From NCBI GenBank assembly GCA_000165345.1, contig CM000433.1, positions 160,001 to 224,000 of the forward strand: a stretch of 64,000 nt of DNA, in the 5' to 3' direction. This document shows, piece after piece, positions 25,371 through 36,225 of this stretch (its first letter is position 1; every line of letters begins with the position of its first letter). The position numbers were made by a program, and so were the translations under genes. Below the pieces are notes generated by a model that ran no database searches, was not told the DNA's origin, and saw only the letters and a list, made by a program, of their open reading frames with translations.

Positions 25371-27080
25371 TTGAATAATAAATATTTCAAAATGGCTCCT
25401 TCGCTCAGAAAAAAACCAATTGAATTAAAAGGCATTGAATTATTAAGAAACCCCTTCTATAATAAGGGGTTAAGTTTCACTATGGAGGAAAGAAAGGAAT
25501 ACGGACTTGAAGGTTTGCTTCCTGCGAAGTATGAGACTATTGATGAGCAAGTTTCCAGACTATGGACTGCAATAAACAAAATTGACTCAAATATTGGCAA
25601 GTATACTTTTCTTGAGAATATCAGAAGTTCATCCTTTATTCTTTTCCACTCTCTTCTTGATAAATATTTTAAAGATTTAACTCCTTTGGTATACACGCCT
25701 ACTGTTGGTGAAGGTTGTATCGAATTTTCAAGGAATCCAACCATTAGGAATTGGCTAGGTTCTGGCCTTTACTTGAATAAATCTCATAAAGGACGCATTT
25801 ATGAAATTTTAAAAGACTTTAAAAGCGATGATATAGAAATCATTGTATTAACTGATGGTGGGAGAATTTTGGGATTAGGCGACCTTGGTCTTAATGGTAT
25901 GGGTATTCCAATGGGTAAATTATCATTATATATTACATTGGGTGGAATAGACCCTTCTAAAGTATTACCAATTTCCTTAGATATCGGTACAAATACTAAT
26001 GATATTTTAAGCGATAAATATTATTTAGGTATTTGCGAAAAAAGGATAGATAATGATGAATACTTTCCATTGATGGATGAGATCACTAAAGCAATTTTCA
26101 AAAGGTGGCCAAACACCGTTCTTCAATGGGAAGACCTTACAACTTCAAGAGCAATTGATATTTTGGATATCTATCAAGATAAATTTCGTTGTTTTAATGA
26201 TGATATCCAAGGTACTGCAAGTATTGTTTTAGCAGGTTTAGTTAGCTCACTTAAAATTGCCGGGAAGAATTTCGAAGATCAAAGAATTCTTATTTGTGGA
26301 GCTGGTTCTGCATCAATTGGTATTGTTAATTTAATTATTAAATCTATGGAAATTAAGGGAATACCTTATCAGTCTGCATTGGAGAAATTTTGGCTTGTTG
26401 ATTCTAAAGGATTAATAACCAATTCAAGAGATTTAAATAGTTTAGACAAATTCAAAGTGCCTTTTATCAGGAAAAATATTGACAGGAGTATTACTGACTT
26501 GGTAGAAATTGTTGAATTGGTTAAACCAACAATTTTATTGGGTGTTTCTGGCCAAGGGGGAATTTTTAATGAACAAGTAATCAAGACTATGGCATTAAAT
26601 GTTGAAAGACCAATTGTTTTCGCTCTAAGCAACCCTACCAATAAAGCAGAGTGTAATGCCTCTGACGCGTATAAATGGACGAATGGTAAAGTTATTTTTG
26701 CTAGTGGGAGTCCAATGAACCCTATCAAGGCAATTGATGGCACCGAGTTTATTCCATCTCAGTGTAACAATATGTATGTGTTTCCTGGAATTGGTCTTGC
26801 TGCTCAAATCGGCCAGCTTTCTCACATTCCCGATATTTGCTTTATTGAAGCGGCATACTCAGTTTCTAACTTTATTCATATAGATTCCAATTCTAATATT
26901 TTATTCCCACCGCTTACTGCTTCTGTTGGAAGAGAAATTTCTGCATCAATTGCAGCTGATATTATTCTTAGAGCAAAAGAAATGAACATCATCAATAAGA
27001 GTGTATGCCCAGATTTACCTTTGGATAATAGGGAAAACATCCTCAATTATATTAAAGATAGAATGTGGCTTCCTTATTAA
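25371..27080 (+). CDS. NAD(P)-dependent malic enzyme
   Basis: Malic-enzyme signatures FNDDIQGTASIVLAGL and GAGSASIGI (Rossmann), plus the N-terminal LEGLLPAKYETIDEQ block. The likely start is the ATG at 25392 (MAPSLRKK), which has a better context than 25371. Confidence 0.85.
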   Translation: MNNKYFKMAPSLRKKPIELKGIELLRNPFYNKGLSFTMEERKEYGLEGLLPAKYETIDEQVSRLWTAINKIDSNIGKYTFLENIRSSSFILFHSLLDKYFKDLTPLVYTPTVGEGCIEFSRNPTIRNWLGSGLYLNKSHKGRIYEILKDFKSDDIEIIVLTDGGRILGLGDLGLNGMGIPMGKLSLYITLGGIDPSKVLPISLDIGTNTNDILSDKYYLGICEKRIDNDEYFPLMDEITKAIFKRWPNTVLQWEDLTTSRAIDILDIYQDKFRCFNDDIQGTASIVLAGLVSSLKIAGKNFEDQRILICGAGSASIGIVNLIIKSMEIKGIPYQSALEKFWLVDSKGLITNSRDLNSLDKFKVPFIRKNIDRSITDLVEIVELVKPTILLGVSGQGGIFNEQVIKTMALNVERPIVFALSNPTNKAECNASDAYKWTNGKVIFASGSPMNPIKAIDGTEFIPSQCNNMYVFPGIGLAAQIGQLSHIPDICFIEAAYSVSNFIHIDSNSNILFPPLTASVGREISASIAADIILRAKEMNIINKSVCPDLPLDNRENILNYIKDRMWLPY

Positions 27081-27287
27081 TAATGAATTATTTTCTAATA
27101 ATTTCTATTAACTAACATTTTTTTTCCTTATCTTTCATATTTTGATATTCGCACGATCTTATATTTATTTAAATCTTTGCTCATCCAAATACTACGTTGC
27201 TTAACTCCTTAGGTTCAATTCCTAGCACAATAGGCACCGGTACCCTTTCTGCAGAAAATATTGATTCCCAAAAATATGCAAAATGAT

Positions 27288-29692
27288 CTAAAGTTTTAGT
27301 TGGAAATTAGGAATAATGGATAATTTTTTCTTCTGAAGTTGAACTTCAGAGTAGTAATTTTTCAACTTACTAATTTCTATGCCATAAGCAAATATTCTCT
27401 CATTAATGCTAGGGCTAAACTCAAGAATTACTCCAACATCATCAAGTTGAGTTTGAAAGGATACTATTGGAACCATATCTCGGCCAATCCCTGCCCCTGC
27501 TAAAACGAAAGATCTTCCTAATCTTCCTGCTCCAGCTCTAGTAACAATTGTTGGGTCATCTTTCCCAGGAAATGTTGAACTTAATAATAGTTGCCACCCA
27601 TTTCCCCAATTACCTAAAAAATCAGTTGTTCTTGTCGAAAAATTTCTTACAACCGTAAATTGATATCCTCTTAATCCAAATGCAAAACCATATGATTTAT
27701 TTTTAACATTAGTTGCAACATCAACAAATAAAGTTTTGAAGGATGCAATTGCCTGAATAATTATTAGAATTTTGATAGCAAACAATAAACCATTAAACTT
27801 ACCTCTGTTGAAAATTGCTGTCCCACAATTACCTCTTTTTGTGAGAAACTATGTCTCAAAGATAGGCCTATTTCTCTAACAGAAATATGTTGTGCATATT
27901 CTCTTAAACCAAAAGAAACCAATGTTGATGAAATAAAGTATCTAGCTTGTAAATCAACTCCCCATGCATTAATTGTTGAAGATCTATCAACTCTTACTCC
28001 GTATAAACCTTGGGTATATCCAAAAGTTAAAAATCTGCCAAGTTGGGCTAACCTTTTTCCTGATAAATACGATAAAATTGCCCTATCGTAGGAAAACCCC
28101 AGAGTAGCAGCTTCTTCAACGTAAGATTCTCCTAAAAAAGCAAAAGCAAAATTGGTTCCAACTCTCACAAAGTTACCATTATTTCCGACAAGTGGTGCAT
28201 ATCTTATCAACCAATCTCTCCATAAAATGTTTTGGAAAACTGAATGTATCATTGGTTCGCTAGGCAATCTTCTACTATACAAGTTTGAATCAGATTTTGA
28301 CACAAATTGGTCATTTTCTCCATTACCAAGACTTTCAGGAAAATTTTTTTGTAAGTTTTGGTTATTCAAACTTTCAGCATTTTCCTTATTGAATAACAAA
28401 TATGATTTATTACCTGATCCTCCACTGATACTTTCTCTTCCAATTTTCGGAGTGTTCAAAATTGATTTACCAGTGATTTCAGAACGCAAACCAACAGTAT
28501 TAGGTTGAATGTTAATAACCTCAGTTTGATCTAGTCTTGAATTAGGATCAAAACTCCATTGCCCCTCCATAAGCATTCTTCTTGTTGGTGTATTAAAATA
28601 ATCACTCCATTTCCTCTCTGACCACTCTTTATGGTTTGTTTTGATCTCTTCCCTTTCAACTTTATTGTTAAATTCCCTGTTAAAGTCCGTCCATCTCTTT
28701 TTTGGTTCTGAATTAATATATAAATTTTTATTTGTATTGGAGTCATCTAATTTAGGAGGCAAACATCCTTGAGATTCTAATGTTTGCTTTTGTCTGTATA
28801 ACTTAATTGCACATCTCATTGTTATGTTTTGATTGGAAATATTTGGAAGAAGGCTCCATTTCTCATCTGATAGTGAAAATATTAGAAGAGTTTCAATATT
28901 CACAAGTATACTTAACTTGACTCCTTGCACAGGACACCCGTTTTTTACTATGATATTGAAATAATCTATAATAGACATTCTTTCAAATTCATTTTCAATT
29001 GTTCTCATCCCGGTTTTTTCATTGGTATTAACTGATTGATTATCATTTTTCTGAGTTAAATTTGTTTTGTATTCACAATAGCTTGGCCAAAGATAAATTT
29101 TTCTAATATAATCTGTATTTTCTCCATTATCTTTCACATCCAATTTATTGAAAAAAATATGTTCATCTTCATCATTTGGGACATTTATATTATTTTTTAT
29201 TCCAGCTGTGAAGATTGATGATAGCAACATACCAAACATGGAAGAGTCTCTTAAATCATTATCTATTAAATATTTACCATCTCCGACTATTTTTCCTTGT
29301 AATTTTCCGGATTCAGACCTGTACAAAAGTCTTCCCCTTACGGATTTATACCATCTAGCATTTGAATAACATTGAGAATGAAAGTCATCAAATTCTTCAG
29401 AATCGTCACTTATTTTGGATATACAAACTGATATTATTGATAATGCTGAAGGAAGGTCAATTTCATCATTCAGATTATTCTTAGACCTTGAGTCCCAGTC
29501 AACTGTTCTTACATTTCTTACGTTTGAAATATTCTTGTTTGTGCTAATTCCATTTCTATTTTTAACTTGATCTTTCTCTTCTATCCACAATCTTTTATCA
29601 AATGGATCTATTTTATATACTCTATACCTATATTTATCTGTAATAAATTCATATACAAATTCGCAGTCTTTGTTTTTTGGAAAGTTTAACAT
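27288..29692 (-). CDS. 784-aa protein: unknown ~450-aa N-terminal region plus a C-terminal beta-strand-rich domain resembling an Omp85/Sam50-type beta-barrel; two exons
   Basis: Exon 1 is 29692..27803, with a GTAAGT donor at 27802. The 50-nt intron 27753..27802 ends at acceptor ttattcAG. Exon 2 is 27752..27288. Both junctions are phase 0, which joins ORFs 27764..29692 and 27288..27785. The C-terminal ~330 aa show an alternating aromatic/Gly pattern (NFAFAFLGESYV, FLTFGYTQGLYGV, YFISSTLVSFGL) and FGLRGYQF, which resembles the Omp85 loop-6 (V/I)RG(F/Y) motif. No POTRA domain was recognised. Confidence 0.45.
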
Positions 29693-29768
29693 TAGTGAAT
29701 CAATTTTCTTGTTTCCTAATTGTTAATTAATAGAATTATACAATTTTTTTATAACAATTACTATTAAT

Positions 29769-30407
29769 TTATTTTTTGGAATTGTTATTTTTTCCCTCAA
29801 ACTTACCACTTATTTCGTAAAATGAATTCGAAATTACAGCCTTTCCGCTGCATGCAATATTTAAACCTTTAGAATAGAGTTGCCCATTATAATTTTGCTC
29901 AAAAAAATTGTCTAGAAAATCCTCGGTAATAACTGGAACCTCCCTACCATTAATTGATTTAATTTTTTCATTCAATATCTTAGAAACATTTTTAGTAATT
30001 GGTATACCCACAATTACACCATCTTCACTACACCATGCTGAAGGTGGTACTTCCTTTGGTATTCCGAGCTTTTTCAACCAATATTTGCTAAATTTATGTA
30101 GTTCATTTGTACTAGACCCTCTTGTACGATTTACAGTATTCTTTTCTTTGGTTTTAAATTTCTTCTCGAAATCATTTTTTTCATAAATTCTATTTGCTTG
30201 AATGTTTTCAGCGAATAAATTTAGTTCTCCCGAATTTGGTATATTTTTATTAAGTTCTTGAAAGTTTTTATAATTGAATAATGTACCAAAGTCTCTTGTT
30301 GGAGTAAAATTGTTGTTATTCGATAGACTTTTGCCAGATTTTATGGAAAAAATTATTAAATTAAAATACAAAATTAAATGTTTTTTACATTTCAAAAATA
30401 ATTTCAT
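29769..30407 (-). CDS. Small secreted protein (N-terminal signal peptide), unknown function
   Basis: MKLFLKCKKHLILYFNLIIFSIKSG is a signal-peptide-like N-terminus. It is followed by 185 aa with no recognisable domain but coding-like composition. Confidence 0.4.
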   Translation of the reverse strand: MKLFLKCKKHLILYFNLIIFSIKSGKSLSNNNNFTPTRDFGTLFNYKNFQELNKNIPNSGELNLFAENIQANRIYEKNDFEKKFKTKEKNTVNRTRGSSTNELHKFSKYWLKKLGIPKEVPPSAWCSEDGVIVGIPITKNVSKILNEKIKSINGREVPVITEDFLDNFFEQNYNGQLYSKGLNIACSGKAVISNSFYEISGKFEGKNNNSKK

Positions 30408-30689
30408 CCATTTGAATTACATTTGATTTATTTTTTTTACAATTACAATGACTGTAAAAACATTGAAATTGAAAAACTTTGAAATTCCAGCTTGATTATA
30501 ATTTCTAATTGAACTATTTATGCAAAATAAATCTACAAGTTTTCATTATATTTTATTTTTATAACTTAAATTTGCATGCTCGCATTTATGACAAGTATAA
30601 ATTAATATAATAATATATAAATCTACTCTATCGTTTTAGTACCTAAATAACATTTATTTTTTTTTTTAAATATTAAAAAGTTGATATTA

Positions 30690-33600
30690 CTAATCTTTAA
30701 AGTAATTTTTCTTCTTCTCTTTCTTCATTCTTGTTTCCAATTCATTTATATTCTAAAGAATTGTTATTTGATATATTTTTTCCTATAGTTGCAAAAACTT
30801 ACCGTCCACGGAATGTGCACCCCTAAAAATACCCAAGTTGATAATATTCCTCCAACTAGTGGAAATATTTTTGGATAGATAAAAAAATGAGCCTAGACAA
30901 ATAATAAAAATGCGATTTCAATGAATTAATAACTAACCTCATCTTGTGGTAATTCAATGAAAATTCGGAATCTTTTTGAACCAACAATAAATGATCGAAC
31001 ATCATTGGGATCAGCTGTAGAAAAATGAATAGGGAATCCAGTAAATGTTGACATAGGAAATGTTGGGAAATTAATGGCTTGCCAATCGTAATAAAGCTGT
31101 TCCATTCTGTAATACCAGTTCCATTTTGAAATCTGGTCATTAATGTACTTTAAGGGTCTATTCAATTTCCTCCAAGGGGGAGGTTCAATATCTTCATCCT
31201 CATCAATATCTTGTGATTCAGAATTAGCTTGAGTATTATTTTTTGATTTTTCGTCCTCTCTTGTGGTAGTTTTACTTTCTGATTCTTGCTCCGGAATATT
31301 TTCTTTTTGAGAATCTTTATTTGCCTTATCCTTTTCCTTTTCTGGTTTTTTCCAATTAGAGATTTTTGCCTTCATCCCAATTTTAGATAAATTTACCCCT
31401 TCGTCCGGCAATTCTGGTTCAATTTCTAAATTATCTGCCATTTCATCATCGACTAGAGCATTCCAATACTTCATGTCATTTTCTATCTTTTCTAAATCTT
31501 TTTCGTTTTCTAATAATTTTTTTTCCTCAAGGTCAATTATTTCATTCTCCATATTTTGTTTAATGTCAGTTTCCAAATTATTTTTCTTTGAAGGAATTTC
31601 TCCTAAGAAAAATGATGAGCTATTATTTTCATTACTTTTCGATTTTGAAATTATATTTGCACCCGAATGAATATTTGGGGGAATATTCGAAACATTGAAT
31701 TTTTGGTCTCCTTTCAGAGATTTAGTTAAAGCTTGGGTCTTATTTTCATTAGTTTGAATTGTATCTGAGTTATCGAAAAACGAATGATAAGAACTCATTT
31801 TATTTGGGTTTGCTGACTTATTTACAGGATTTTTGACAAATTGTTGGGCATTATTTCCAAAGTTGTTCATATTAATGTTCTGATTATTTAAGTTATTTGT
31901 TGCAAGTTGTGAATTTTGATCATACTGTAATGAAGGGAACTCTGATTTAAAGTCCCTTCCTACTGCATTTTGATTGTTCGAATTATAAGAAGCATTTATT
32001 GCCATATTTGTATAACATTGGGGAACTAAGTTATCATTGGATTTATTATGATTAGGATTACTTTCCGCTTTATTTTCAAGATTTCCATAGAAATTAGCAT
32101 TAAAGAAGTCAACTTGAGGATCTTGACCAGAATAATTACCCTCGCTTCCTAGAGTTATTTTTCTTGTAACAACCATATCCTCAAAGTTTGACTTTTTCTT
32201 CATCTTAAGGATCTTTTTCTGTTCCTTTTCTTGTTTTTCTTTCATTTCTTTTTCTTCTTTAATGATCATTTCCTTAGTCTTCAAAGCTGACCATGCTGTG
32301 TGGTTGTCTGGAGGACCAGGATCATACAAAGGATCTAAAGATAATTTGAATTCCAATAAAGTCAAATAAGCATTAATTCTTTCTTCAAGTTCTGAGCTTC
32401 TATCGAATAATGTATCCTTTCCCAATTTTTGTCTGTTTAATACAATATTTTCTTCAACTGAAACTGATATTGACTCTTCTAATTTTTCAACAGCTCTTCC
32501 TTGCAGCGGTGGTTCTATGATCAAATCCTGGAAGATATTTTCTGGTTTTGATCCACAGAATGTTCTCCATTTATAGGGATTATTTAAATCATATGTGATC
32601 AAAGCAGGGTGGTGATTGCCCAGATTACCCCAAACTTGCCTATTATTAAAAACCAATTCAATTGTACTATAGGGTACATATGAAATAAGTTCTGGAGTCA
32701 AAAATCTTTTATCTGGAATAATGGGTATATTCTTAATGTATTCTGTGATAACTTTTTTAATAATATCTAAACTAGTATTTTGGAACTTAATTTTGTCAGA
32801 TTTTCGATTGCCAATATCTTCTTCATCTTCTTCAGCAGGATTATTGTATTCTACCTCTTTTGGATCAATTTTTATGTCTGGAACCAAAAATTCACCCCAA
32901 ATATCTATACCCATGTTTTCATTGGCATGCGTTTCAACATATTTAACTTGCCCTGTTTGTTTCAACCATTCAAACCATTGCTGCAAATATAGCCCGTTGT
33001 AGTATTCTCTTTCCTTCTCAAACATTTCGACCCTTGAGCTATCGTCAGGAACTTCTACATCATTATTATCATTATTTACTGACGGCATGACCTCTGCATT
33101 TTGTTGAAATGGATTTCTCATTGAATAATACGGATCTATTCCATACCTACAAGGAAGTACATATCTTTGTTTATTTGTAACTTCCCAAAATTGAACATGA
33201 CCAAATCTGTGTCTAGTCATGACCCACATATGTTCTAGCGTCCCATTTTCGATTGTACCTTTACATACATATGCATCGAATCCGATCCCTAATAAACAAC
33301 TACAAAACATTAATACATGATCTCCAATACTTCCCTTTTTTGATAATAAGAACAAATTAGGAGGAGTAAGTTCTGGAATCTTCCCTGGTGGTTTAATTTG
33401 ACTTTCCAATGTTATATACATAAAATTGTTAATCCAATGCAACAAACTTCCTTCATTTGATATCAAATTTGGAACTGCAATAGGAGATATATATGAACAT
33501 AATGGAAAAATCTCTTCAGTTTGTGGATGTCTCTGTAATACATTGAAATTTCTTTTATCAGGCGCAGATGAAAACCATTGCTTATAAATCCCTTTCCATT

Positions 33601-35759
33601 TGTGAAAATCACGGTTCCATCTATTTCCTAGTTGTTTCCAAATATTGCTGATTGCTTTAGTTGATGGTGGAGCAGGAATCACAACATCAGCAGGGAATGG
33701 TGGAATAAAGAACATCTCAAAATGAATACTTGGTTTTATAACACTCTTCCCAAATCCTTTTGATTGTAGTAACATATTCATATTGAGTACTAAAGTATTA
33801 TAGGGAAGTGTATATAAAGTATTGTTGACAAAAATATTATCATCGTTTTCAGCTCTGTCACCTTCTTGATCAAAATTTGGTTTCCCATCAGCTCTTCTAG
33901 ATCGTTTATCTATTAACCCTTCAGCTAAACATCTAAAATCTTCTTTTCCAAGGGTGTAAATTTTATTTAGATTGACTTCTCCTGATCCCAATAAGATGGA
34001 TGATGTATCACTTCTATTCCAAACTTCAATCTTTAATGGGCCTTTACAGAGTAAGTCGATCGGTAAACATTTTCTCCTAAAGCTTGGAATCAAAAGTTCT
34101 CTTTGATCCAAAATTCTTACAGGAAAGTACAAATTTTGGTTATATACTGGCCTCCTTGTTTTTTCTCTGACTGAAGATGTATTAACAACTCCATCCCAAG
34201 TAACTTTTACTATAGGGTCAGAAGTACCCGTTACTCCATCTGCAGCAGCTAAATTATCACACTTGAAGAGCCTAAAGACCAAATACCTTTCATTTATATT
34301 TAACTGAGAAACCAATGCTGCTCCTGAAGCAACTTGAGACGGCCTACTTCTAATATTTTCATTAGGTTGGCCTGTGCTCTTTGAATAGCAAAAAACATTA
34401 CCAATGATTTCCCCTCCAACAATCTTGTAAATATCGATTGTTATTCTCTTAATTATCGTTTTAACTAAGGGATAACTTTCTACAGATGCTAAAGAAATCA
34501 TTGCAGCTCCTATTACAGAAGGTCCAAATTTTAAATAAGCTAACACTTCTACTATTATATATGCATTTCTTAACTGACATCTCGTTCCAGTAAATACAAA
34601 CTCGCAAACTGACTTCCAATAACCTCCAGTAGAATATGGAGTAATCATAGTTTCTGCATTGATAAATATTAATGTTTAAAGAAATTTATTACATTTCAAC
34701 TTACTCCTAGAAGACATTCCTGAAGTTATATCATTATTTAAAGGTACCTTTAGTCTCAAAAATTTGGGTGCTTTTTTAATTTCAATAGGAAGTTTCTTAT
34801 TAGGAATAAAACTCCAATTTTCCAAGGAAATATCAAAATCAAAAATTTCTTGTAACTGTAAAGTTACTCTGCTTCTATGCACTTCAAAACTTTTTTGGTT
34901 AAGATCTTTACGAGGTTTTCCATCCTTTCCCAAAGGTGCAGGAAGATGCTTTTTAAACATTAAATGAGTTTCTGGATCGTTTTCCAGTACATCTTTGAGT
35001 GTAAGTTTGACTGAAGCAAGCAGTTGGTTGAAAGTAAAGGTTCCAATTGTCCAGAGCTTAATGGATATTTGAAACATCTCTAATTCAGAATACGATATAT
35101 ATAAGATCTTTTTTGGCCAAACGATAATCGGGAAAGTTAATACTTTTACTTCTCCTGGTTTTAATAAAGTCGCAGCTGTATAAACCATCATTCTCTTTAA
35201 AGTTCCTTCGTAGTTTCTCTCTGGATTAACATGCCCAAATTCAATAACATAGAAGAATTCTTGTGGTGTATTTTCTAGATTTTCACTAGTATGAATAAAA
35301 AAAGAAGCTTCCCATACTCTGAGTTTCTTCATATAATCAACCTCGAATTCAAATCGTTTTTGCAGAAATCTGGATTCATCAACTTTTTGTTGCTCAACAT
35401 CATATTCATCAAAATCGTCCTCCGCAGCAGCATCAAAAGCTTCTGAATCTTCGCGTTCATCATCTGAGTCATGTTTTTTTTCCATTTCAATATCTTGTCC
35501 CATTGGTTTACCTATTTTTTTTTGACTTCTGTAACCCTTCAAATCGAATAAAGGAACTTCAAATCTACTTTGGTCTAAAAGATAAAATATAATTGATCTA
35601 TTTCAACTAATTCAAAGTAAACTTACCAATCACATTTTCTTCAAATTCCACCTCACCTTTGAAGTCTAACCTCCAAATCTCGCCTTCATCAAATCCTGCA
35701 TTTTTAAGCACTTCCTTATTTATTTCTTTTTTGTTTTTCTTATTCTTCTTTTTAACCAT
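30690..35759 (-). CDS. Large multi-exon protein (~1600 aa): C2 domain, then transglutaminase-like (TGL) fold, then long disordered N/S-rich region, then coiled coil, then predicted C-terminal TM helix. It is CC2D2A/CEP76-like only in its C2+TGL part
   Basis: Exons derived by hand: 35759..35627 (ATG, MVKKKNKKNKKEINK...), intron 35575..35626, exon 34705..35574, intron 34654..34704, exon 30938..34653, intron 30893..30937 (donor GAG|GTTAGT), exon 30803..30892 (encodes the hydrophobic AHFFIYPKIFPLVGGILSTWVFLGVHIPWT), intron 30753..30802, exon 30690..30752 (..KKEKKKNYFKD*). All phases are consistent. The C2 domain is LVFRLFKCDNLAAADGVTGTSDPIVKVTWDG..NQNLYFPV. The TGL-like core is GDHVLMFCSCLLGIGFDAYVCKG...EHMWVMT. 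The two 3'-most exons are inferred. If they are wrong, the CDS ends at 30926 (...PQDEVSY*). Confidence 0.5.
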
Positions 35760-36225
35760 CTTTAGATGCTTAATAACTTAAACAAAAACTAATCTATGGA
35801 AATCCTTTCAATTTTATATTTCTCTTATTTCGATTAATTTTTTTAATCTTATTATTCAACATGTAGATCAGCTTCATGTTCAGAACCCCACAGCTACCGC
35901 CAAATCCAGGTATGACTTTATTATTTTAAAAACATTGCATGCAGTTTTGCACCTAGAATAAATTGAATAGTTTTTTTTTAGAATGTTCATAGGATTAATT
36001 TAAAATTTTTATTCATTAGTGATTCTTATGTGTTAAAACAAACGATTATATCAGGGTTTGATTTATAAAACACTATATTTTCTGTAATATCATTTTCCAA
36101 ACATCAATATCAGAGAATTCGAATGGAAAGGGCTTACCATCTTTTCTGTTTTGGAAACTATTATTTCTCTAAAAGTTAGAATATAATTTCTTGGAGAGAA
36201 CTATACCATTTTATCTTGTTTTAAA

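Noticed and set aside
34676-35542. ORF-track 'M' start of ORF 34676..35542 (MKGYRSQ...)
   Set aside because: The codon at that position is TTG, not ATG, so the track apparently allows alternative starts. The segment is an internal exon (34705..35574) of the multi-exon C2-TGL gene, not an independent ORF.
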